DNA of 64,000 bases from Lama glama. Lineage: Eukaryota. The stretch is from the NCBI GenBank assembly GCA_028534125.1, contig CM052818.1, positions 16,804,001 through 16,868,000 on the forward strand, written 5' to 3'. The notes below the pieces were generated by a model. It was not told where the DNA came from and did not search any database. It worked only from the letters and a program-made list of their open reading frames with translations. Position 1 is the stretch's first letter. The number at the start of each line of letters is the position of its first letter. Made by a program: the position numbers and the translations under genes. This document shows positions 1-9,705 of the stretch, in pieces.

Positions 1-3000
1 AAATGTGGTGACTTTAGACTCTTAGGAAGCATTACCCCTCAGCCTTCCTTGGAGAGTAGTGTAGCAATGATTCAGCATGGATGGGAAAGTGCACAGTAAC
101 ACCCTGCTCACTTATCTGTCAGTTCCATATCAGGAAATGTTCATTTCTCAGTAAGCACTAAAACAATACAAATGAGCACACACAGTGTAGACCATGCTCT
201 GTTTATGGTCACTGTTAAATGCAGTGATCCTTCCCTATGTCCAGCTATTGATATGAATATAAAAGTGTTAACTTTCAAAGTTTAGATGTAGGTAAGAATT
301 GAGGCTATAAAAGCAAAATAAAATCCTTGTAATAGTCTCTCATGAAGAGAGAACTTGAAATTGTGTACAATATAGTTCATGTGAACTATTCAATATGTAT
401 TTTAATATGTGGACTAAGAAATATTGAATTCCATTAGGACCATTGAACAAGCAGAAGTATGTGCCACATAATTAGGCTTCCTTCTTTCTTTCTTCCTTTT
501 TTTCCATCCTTCCTTTCTTCCTCCATTAACTAGATGAAACATTGTGAATTGAATACCACAAACCTCTTTGTAACAAAATTGGCACCTAGATGAAGCAGAA
601 ACATAGGCAATCTCCAATTTATGAAAGTACTATTTCAAAAGTTCTTGGAATAAACAGGTTGAAACTCCTATCACATTCCCTATGGAAACAACACTGTAAG
701 GCAAGGTAAACTTCTCAGACCACTTAGCAAAGGACTCATTAATTCCATGGTATACTTGAATCATTGCATTGTCCCCAAAGTATGGTCAGGTATTGCCCTT
801 AACGTTCCTAGGGAAAATTGTTTTACAGTTCCAAGTGTGATTCCAGGAACATGTCTGCTGCTTCAAGTTGGTTTAGAGATACCCTTCTTTTCACTCCTGA
901 ACAGTGAAAAGAGAGAAAAAAAATTGGCTCCCCTCTTGCTCAAGGACTAGGATCCCAGGAGGCTGGGTAGGAGTGTCATTTAGGTGAATTTACAAGTTTC
1001 TGAGTCCGCCTGTTAAAAAGCATTTGAAACTAGCCAGATTCCTGCCCAGGCTGTTTCTTTCCTTCCTTAAGCCTCCATAATGGACCTTTTTGCTTAGTTT
1101 TCTGTTTACACCTCCTCTCGGTTCTGGTTAGCTTTTCTCTTCCTCCAGCTGACTGCTGCACAGACCCACAGAATCAGTGATTTCCTCCATTTCCCAGTCC
1201 TTGAAGCATTCCCAGACTATTGAGGTTTTCTAAAAGCTTTCACTGCTAGCACCAAAAGAAAAATATAATAAAACAAAGCTCCCTCCTTTGCTAGCATGGG
1301 AACCAGACGCTACTGGAACTTGGTTCCCAAAATGAAGGGTAGAATCTTTCAAAGAAATGTGAGGGGCAAGAAAGGCGGGGGTGGACACTAGCAAGCCCCA
1401 GGTATGTAAGGAAATAAAGTCATAGTCTGCATTCCTTCTTCTGTTGCGTAGCACCAGCCACCAGTTTTGCTTACTATGTACCTCACTCACTCACCTTGGA
1501 GGGCATGGGTGGGAAGTCGCCTGCAGTACGGGCAGTTTTGATGGAGAGGAGCAGCCAAAGAAAATGAAGGGAGACAGTTAGAGGCAACTAGCAGGGATGG
1601 AAAGAAGCCGAAGGAGGAAAGAAAAGCCCAAGTGGTGGCAGCCTTCTTTTGGCCAATTCTTAATGTAAAACGTAGCCTATGAGTTGACTACTGCATGTAC
1701 ATTTAGATGCAGTCTTTTATATTGCTAAACTTAAACACTGATTATACAAAAAGGAGTTATTGTGGTATTTTATTCCAAACTTTAATGTATTCACTGGTCA
1801 TGATTAAACTTACGATTTTCTTTACATGGAAACGAGAACATTTTTTCTTACTCATTTCTCTTTTCCTTGAAATAGGTAATTAAGATTATGTGCAAAGAAC
1901 ATTGTTGTGACAAATTAAAATTACCATTCTTGCATTCCTATAAGCTGGGGGCCAAAGGAAAAAAGAGATTGTCGGGATGCTCTTTTGAAGTAATTTTAAA
2001 ACATACAGTTCAGCAGTCCGCAGCTTCCCTCGTGTCAGCACACGACCATCATTCATATAACATAACCCATATTGTAGTGCTTGCCATCCATCTCTGTGAG
2101 GGAGGCTTGTCTTTTCTGAAAGTAAAATGAAATTTAAAGTGTCTTTTCCTTGGTTTTTATTCATTATTTTTTACGATCAAAAGAGAAAAAAAAGGGTGAT
2201 CTTTATAGGTGGCATGATCATCATCATAAAGTTGATTACTAAGAGACTCACTCCATGTACTCAGTAGGATTAGGTCAGCAGAATTAAGAAGCCAGGGTTT
2301 TCTGCAAGCCAAGAGCTTTTCCTAACTTGACAATGTCTGCAGGTAAGGCTGGATGGACTGCTTTCTACCTTACACTAAAGCAGAATAGACTGTTTATCTT
2401 TACACTGTGGCATGCCAATTTCAGCACCTCTCTCTGTTGCTGCTCAAAACCAAAGTATTTGATTGCAAAGAGAAAGCAAAAGTTGATTTGATGAGAGAAA
2501 CTGTTCTTAAACTCGATATTCTATGTTTAGTCCAAACACCAAGTAGAAAGGAAAGAAAAAAGGAAAAGTACGTGGAGAATATTTATAATTGCTAGAGCTA
2601 CCGCCATTTGTAACTACTTCCAAATTCTGAAGTAATGTAGAGATAATGTTTAGGTTAACTGATTTTAAATCAACTAAAGCCAACAAATATGTATCAAAGG
2701 GGTAGAATAGAATGAAACAAGTAAAAAGAAGGTTTTTATCTTATGATTGAATCTTAAAATATATGGAAACTCAAGGAACATCTGCTCTATGCCAGTTTTC
2801 TTCTTTTTCTTCTTTTTTTTTTTTTAATAGAAGTTAATATATTACCCTTCCTTTTACTGTAGTACTTTAGAAATAAACCTAAGTCTTCTGAAGAAGACCA
2901 TTTTTCTGAACATGGTCAAGTTGGGATTTGATTACACTTTGGGCATGACTTGGATTTGCATATAAGGACTTCCATTAGTTAAGCTGGTTCTCTGTATGAA

Positions 3001-3019
3001 TAAGAACTCAGAAAAGTGC

Positions 3020-3154
3020 TGGATGCCTGGGCAGGATCAGTGATATCCCCTGCAGCTCTATGCCTTAGTTAACAGTGAAGAGAGAGCTCACTTTCAGGGG
3101 ACTGCATCCGTGACCTTGCTTTTTATTAGCACACCCTTATAGCCTACTAAGCAC
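3020..3154 (-). mobile_element. Ancient tRNA-Ile-related SINE remnant (MamSINE1-like)
   Basis: The reverse complement of 3097-3154 (gtgcttagtaggctataagggtgtgctaataaaagcaaggtcacggatgcagtcccc) aligns by eye to tRNA-Ile(AAT) (tagctcagttggttagagcgtggtgctaataacgccaaggtcgcgggttcgatcccc). Heavily diverged. Confidence 0.5.
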
Positions 3155-5034
3155 AATTGTAAAATTAGTGTCAAGCTTGGGCCTTCTTTATCTTGTTGAT
3201 TTGTTTTTCATATTTTCTTCCCCTATTAAACGTTCATGCAGCACTTTACCAAAACCCCTTTCTGGGACTGTGCTGCTCAAAACCATATTTGCCAAGTGAT
3301 CTCCTTGAAATTCCCTGATTTTGTTGTTTTGCTCTACATATTTAATAATCTTATTTAAAACGAGCATCTTAAATGGGAAATAGAATTTCAGAGGATATCA
3401 TTACAAAACCAAAGTGTATCCTAAACATTAAAATAACCTATATCTTTGTATAATTTCCAATGTAAAGCAATAAAACGAAACTGTAGTGTTTGTGTCCATG
3501 TCATGTCCAAGTTACCATCGAAAAGTAACTAATTCTGTCTGATTCCCTATTTGGCAAATTAGAAACCTAAATCAAACAGAAAGTGAATATCACATACCAA
3601 GTATTTTAACCATTTTTTATTTCTTTAAAAATCAACTCTGGCAAATCAAGTATTTTCTATAAATGTTATTGTCCACATTTACCACTACCAGTGTTCTATT
3701 ATATATTAAGGCCACGTCAGTAAGAGTACCTGTGTTGATATTTCAGTTTCCACCTACTATATTTTAAGCAAAATTGGTGATTTTTAATTCATTAATAACT
3801 TTAACCATTGAAGTTATTTGTTGAACCTGATGAAGTGGTGCATTTAAGTGTTTTTCTCTGTTTTCTATATTGTGTTTTTGTTCTTTAGGCACTTTTGATC
3901 AAATGACCACTTAAAAAAGTATAGCTAATTAAGTAAAATATAAGAATGAGACAAGAACTATCAACATGGGTATACTGTACTGTTGAAAACACCTTGATGA
4001 GTACTGAAACTTTGCTCTCACCCTCGTCCCATGAAACAGCTTTTCCTTCCATTTCTTACTTAGACCCCAAGCCCTTTGTCTCAGATAGTACTTGAGTTGC
4101 CTAATGGATACTAATAATATTTTAAATTCCATACACTTACATTAATTATGTGTAGGAAAGACATATAAATTCTGACTGTATATATGTGTCTGTTTGTATA
4201 TACACATATGTAAATATATTTAAGTAAATATATGAAAATATGTAAATTTTACATAGCTATATAGAAATATAAGGGACAGTCCCCCCAATATTATTATTAT
4301 CTCTACTACCTTCACATTCACACCCTAAACAGAAATACAAAGTGAAATAATCATGGTAAGCTTTGCATAATGAATAAACTTTCCCAAATGGACTTCTCTT
4401 GTAATAATTACTTTTTCTACTTAACATTTTTTAAAAGTTAGCATTTTAATAAGTTGCAATAAAATATGAACATACTGTAAGCAAACTAAATAAATTATAG
4501 ATACTGGGTGTGTAATTTATGTTATGTTTCTTTAAGAAAAGAGATTGAAGTATTAGAAATATTTAAAGGCCATGGTAGTAAATGGATTACATATTTGGTA
4601 GAACTGGAATATCTTTAAGTGAAATTTCATGGCTCCTTATTTCATACAATTTAGTCCAAATCAGAATTTAGAAATAGAATCTTTTAGAATTGTTATATTA
4701 AAAAAGAGCTTTAAAAATAATTGCCTAGGAAAACCGTGCCAGCAACATCCAAGAGTAATGTTTACTTTACACAGGCTAGTGAAAGGCTTTTTAAAACTCT
4801 CTGCTCAGGACACAGCAGTATTACTGAAATTTTGTCTCATATTCTTTAAATGCTGCCATTGGGAGGGAACCTGCTTCCCGTGATTGTGTTTTCCCTTTTG
4901 AATGGGAGCGATGGAGCACTTGCATGATGTGTTTGGTGCCTTGCATGAAAAAGACATGCAAAGGCAAGGTCCAGTCTGCATGCTGCTTAATGAATGTTTT
5001 TCCTTTTCTCTCCCTCCTTGTCATGTGCTTTCAG

Positions 5035-5052
5035 AAGACAACAATGTGGAAG
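5035..5052 (+). CDS. NRXN1: NRXN1 SS1 microexon, 18 nt, encodes (E)DNNVE, phase 1/1
   Basis: Polypyrimidine tract then tgctttCAG|AAGACAACAATGTGGAAG|GTGGGT. Translation EDNNVE(G) matches the known alpha-neurexin-1 SS1 insert EDNNVEGLAHLMMGDQGKSK. UGC motif just upstream of the AG, as in SRRM4-regulated microexons. Confidence 0.93.
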
Positions 5053-5104
5053 GTGGGTACTTTCTACTTTATTTTCCAACTCTCATTTGCCTTTTATTTC
5101 TTAG

Positions 5105-5134
5105 TATTAATAGAGTACATCTTGAATGTAGACG
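5105..5134 (+). CDS. NRXN1: Candidate additional in-frame microexon (30 nt VLIEYILNVD; or 21 nt EYILNVD from the acceptor at 5113)
   Basis: Pyrimidine tract 5061-5102, CTCAT branch-like motif 5082-5086, cttAG|, perfect donor ACG|GTAAGT at 5135. No stop in phase 1. Confidence 0.35.
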
Positions 5135-8100
5135 GTAAGTTGAACTTCTTCCTGAGCGTTTGCTGATTTCTGGATTGTGCATCATTTTTCATATAGAACA
5201 CACACACTCTCAGCTCCATCAGCCCCAAGTATATGAAACTCCTTCAATCTGAACGCCAACCCTTGGTGGACTTCAACATCCCATATGAACCTTTAAATAC
5301 TTATTTCAGTGCTCTGCATGGAAAAATGACACAATCCTGCTTCTCTTATTATAAATGAGAAAGTATTTCTTTGCAGTCTTAGAACATACTGCATGATTCT
5401 TTCTCCATTTTTTTTTCTTGATCAAAATAATTTCTTTTGGAAATGTTTAGTAGTATTACATCATCTCTAGCCCATTGGTTTAGTGTCAAATGATTGGATT
5501 TATAAAAAGAACACAAAATAAAGTACTGACTATAAGTAAGAGGCATAAATTTAGATTAAAAAATAAGCCATTGACCAATGGAAATGAAAGCATACAACAC
5601 TCCAGTGTGATTATTGGTAAGTATATTTGTAATAGTCTGTGTCTGTTAAATAAAGCTATGATACTTGTTCAAGGTTTTCTAAAATTATCTCTACGAAGGA
5701 ATTTTGAGAAAGTTATGCATTTTTTCCTTTAGAATCTGACAAACTAAAACATATTTCAATATTCTTACCTTCAAAGAAATTAAATGTATTAGTCCATTTG
5801 CTGCCAAATAAATACATAAAGGATAAGAATAGAAAAATAACTAGGAAGAGCCAAGCATTGTAAAAGGGAAGATGATGTCCTATCAACTTGCATAATCACA
5901 GCATTAACAGTTCTTGCATAAACAATTTTCTATTATCTGTACGTTAGTAGAAAGTGTTTAGCTATTTTATTTTGCTACAATATTTTGAAATACAACCATT
6001 CATGATGTTTACTCCTACAGAATGATGAATTCCTTAGAAAAAGTCCCCATCCAATGTTACAGATGAATATCCATTAAATTTATAAGATTTGATATCTCAA
6101 AGAACAATTCATGGTAATACAAAGTTGATTAGTAGCAGGTTTCAACATATTATTTGCGATTCTTTCGTGGACAATACCATTGCTTAGTTGCTGAACATTT
6201 CTATTTCATTATTTAAGTAAATAAAATAGATTTAAACTTTAAAAGAAATCATCAGTGACTATTTTTCCAAGTGTTGCTTCTGTCTTTCTGTACTATAATT
6301 TTAATAGCATGTGAGTGTGTACTTGATAAAGATATTACACTGAAAGTCTGACTGGCATCTTTCAAAATCAGTCTCATTTATATTGTGCATGTTATTTGGG
6401 ATCAAAAGGTTTTTAAAGAAAGTATCTTTTTTTTTTCCTTCTTTTGCATTTCCTTAACCATCCTGTAAAATGTTGCATGTTTCTGTTCATTTCTCTTTAA
6501 AGCCAGTTGCATTTTAAAGGGCTTTTAAATCAGCTTAATAAGCATGGATGCCTCTCTCCTCATACACACTCATTCCATGGAAAATTTTGACAAGATTTTT
6601 AGAGTATAGGCTCATAAACTATTGTAATAAAGTTTATTCAATCATAATTTTTAACATCCCTATTGATAACTCCACTTTGGCAGTATAGTCTAGCTCCTTT
6701 AGAGGCAGGAAGTCTAGCATGAACAATGTGGAAGCTTTGAGATTTTAAAATTTCCGTCGTTAGGTGTTATTAAAAACCACTAAAGGGGTCTAAAAGTTAT
6801 ATCCATACAGAGATATTTCCCTGATTTAGTCTACAGAAAAGTTATAAACTGTTACTAGGAAATATGTATAGTAGTTTTAAAAGTGAAATTAAATGAAAAA
6901 TTATATAAACTGGACAGATAAGCCACTATTCCTAAGCATATAAAATATCATGAATCACTGACAGATCATGAACTTTTTAATCTGATTGTGTGATTTTTTT
7001 GGGGGGGGGTAAAATTGCCTAGAAAATACAAAAAGAAGCTAGATTACAGAAACATTAAACTACTATATTAAATAATTTTAATATTGTGAATGTATGATAA
7101 TTTATAATTGTATCTATCCCACAGGAATGTTTAAATACCCCTTTAATTTTTAAGGTAATAATACAGATTGTTCCAATACTGATGCAAGTAATACACAGTG
7201 TTATGTAGCTCAAAGTCTCAAATATATTTGAAATAACACTGGGAAATGAAATATAAATTTTAATAAAATTATACATATACTATATTGCTCTGACATTTTC
7301 CCATTATTTTTTGAAATATACAGGGATTGACGAGTAGTTTTATTTCTGAATTTAGAGTAAAGAACTAGGAATTAATGCCTTTCAGTAAAACACATCTTCT
7401 TGGATAGTGAAAGAATTTTTTTAAAGGACATTGGCAGTATTTAGAAAAGGAGTGATCTTTAACCTGAAATTAATTGTGAAGCAAAAGTTAAAAAATAATA
7501 TAAGTAAACAAAGGGAATTCAGTATTCTTTCAGAAAACTTCTTTGATGAGATTATATCTTAAATATACTCATTAACTCATAGTTTAGTATTTAAGTAATG
7601 TTTAAGTAAAGTGCTAAATAATATTGTTCTTTATGGAAAATTACTTAAGCTTATTCAAAGGTGAGCCATTGTTTAAAAACATTATTCTGTAGTAGATTCT
7701 AACTTTACAATTGCATGTCTGATGATTTTTTTTTGTATTTGAAAAACTTGGTCATTTGCTACATGTGTCAGACAAGGAGACATTTCTGTATTATCATTTC
7801 AGTGTGACTGAGGATTTTTTTTCATTTAACTATGAAACGTCTCATTTTTTGATGAGGGGAAAAAGATCAGACCCAGCCCATGTTTCAGGTATTCCTTTGG
7901 GTTTTTTAAATATAATTTCATCACCAAAGAATGGCAAGCCCTGTCGGGGCAGTGTTCAAAACAGTCTCATCAAAGGGCATGAAGGGCAGATGCAATATTT
8001 AAGGGATTGGTTGAATTTTAAGTCGTGCTCTTATGCTCTTGATTGTTCCTACTGATACGTAGAAGAAATACACAGTGCAACATGTGCAAGTGTTTAAATT

Positions 8101-8292
8101 GCAGTTCTGTGGCTCTTTGCCCGAAAGCATTCCAATCAGGAGTTGAAAGAATGCTTTTTGATTTGCCTCTGTGGTACAGGCATGTCTCATAGGAAACAAG
8201 ATGTCTGTCACTGAACATTTTTGTCACTGTGACAACCCTGCCTTTCCATGCTCCCTTGTTTATTGCTGACTGTGCTCTTGTTTCCCTTCAAG

Positions 8293-8322
8293 GTCTGGCG
8301 CACCTGATGATGGGCGACCAAG
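8293..8322 (+). CDS. NRXN1: NRXN1 SS1 microexon, 30 nt, encodes (G)LAHLMMGDQ, phase 1/1
   Basis: Branch-like GCTGAC at 8265-8270, pyrimidine tract, AAG|GTCTGGCGCACCTGATGATGGGCGACCAAG|GTATGG. The peptide is identical to the recalled neurexin-1 sequence GLAHLMMGDQ. Confidence 0.96.
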
Positions 8323-9087
8323 GTATGGGCTCTGTTCCTTTTCCACTCTGCTTTCAGTGTTTCCTTGTTCTGTAGTTGCTTTCAAACCATCACAGCAAAG
8401 GATGGGCAAATGCTTGCAAATTATCTGGCTGCAAAGTAAATACGTAACTTTTGTTCACATTTTTTTTTCATGTGTTTTTCTCCCTTTATTTGTTGGTTTG
8501 GTATTGGTTTGCTCTTTTGACTTTTATTTTCCTTCATTCTATGCACTATAATTTTTACAAATAAATGAGACATAAGAACTTGTGATTGAAAGCTTCCATA
8601 CATTTATCAGCATAAGTGTAGTTATACTAAAGAAAAACTGAGAACTATCAGAAGTTATTATATGAAAGAAGATATTCAGTTTAACCTATTGCACCAGAAA
8701 GAGTTCATTTTTCACTCATGCATGGCAGTTTGGGAACATGCAGACATCTTTGGCTTCTGGCTTCTTGAATGCTGAATATAGTGTTCTACAAAATCAATAC
8801 TTTTTCTACCCACAGCCATTGTGTATCTCCTGTCTGTGTAATCTTTTAAAGTGAGCATGGGCTTTCCAATTTCCTTGCATGTATTGCCTTAAAAAAGGCA
8901 GATTTCTTAACGTGTACTGATTGTACCTCCATTTGTTTTCAAACCTTATTTATACTTTCTTGTCTTGTTTAATTTTCAAAGAATAGTGCATTTACATATA
9001 TTCATAATTCTTATTGTTGTTTCTCTCCTCTTTATTCTTTTTGTATGGAAACCCTTTCTTCATGGAACCATTTCATCAACTCCATAG

Positions 9088-9099
9088 GTAAAAGTAAAG
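9088..9099 (+). CDS. NRXN1: NRXN1 SS1 microexon, 12 nt, encodes (G)KSK, phase 1/1
   Basis: ccaTAG|GTAAAAGTAAAG|GTATTA. Completes EDNNVE-GLAHLMMGDQ-GKSK in the correct order and frame, about 0.77 kb after the 30-nt exon. Confidence 0.9.
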
Positions 9100-9668
9100 G
9101 TATTACATTATTTTATTTCTTCTTAATATCATCTATATGAATTACAGTGTGTCTAAGTTACGCAAATATATTTAGACTTTTTGGCATTAGTAATGGGCAC
9201 TGAGAGGTAGGTATGAGTGTTAATGAATATTTTATGAATTTAAGGTAAGAAAAATCCATCAAAATGTTTCCCTCCTTTTTTTCTTGCTTTTTAGAGTGAT
9301 TCCTTTCCTCGTATTAGCTGCTTATATAATTAATGTGTTTAGAAATTAGTTACAAGATTCAGTGTCATCTTTTGCAGTATCGTTTAATGGTAGTTAAATG
9401 ATGAGTGCAGCCACCATAGATATATCATCTTCAAACATTTAACTCTGGAGCACACCTGCCCCAGCCATTCCGCCTTGGGATGTAACTGTGAGCATGTGCA
9501 GCATTGAAATGGTACTGCTGTGGGCTTATCAGCTTGTGGTCTGCTAGATGTCATATATACACATTGACTCCATGATAATCTGAAAAGGCAGTGCGGTGCG
9601 GTGCGGTGAAAGACGAAGGAGCAAGACAACTCTGTTCTTTCTTTTGTGTGTACTAACTTTGTCTTAAG

Positions 9669-9705
9669 AACGTTATCAAACAGGTATACATTTCTGCGTC
9701 ACTTG
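9669..9705 (+). other. NRXN1: Candidate exon with alternative boundaries (9669-9683 in-frame ERYQT; 9684-9705 and 9669-9705 frameshifting)
   Basis: TACTAAC 9651-9657; acceptors AAG 9666-9668 and CAG 9681-9683; donors CAG|GTATAC 9684 and TTG|GTAAGT 9706; GCATG at 9715 and 9754. Confidence 0.4.

Noticed and set aside
2420..2428. TTCAGCACC, left half of the REST/RE1 site
   Set aside because: The right half (GGACAG) is absent; a half-site alone is weak evidence.
8330..8450. Acceptor-like tctgctttCAG (8357) and TAG (8375) just after the 30-nt exon
   Set aside because: No convincing downstream donor; more likely conserved flanking regulatory sequence than an exon.
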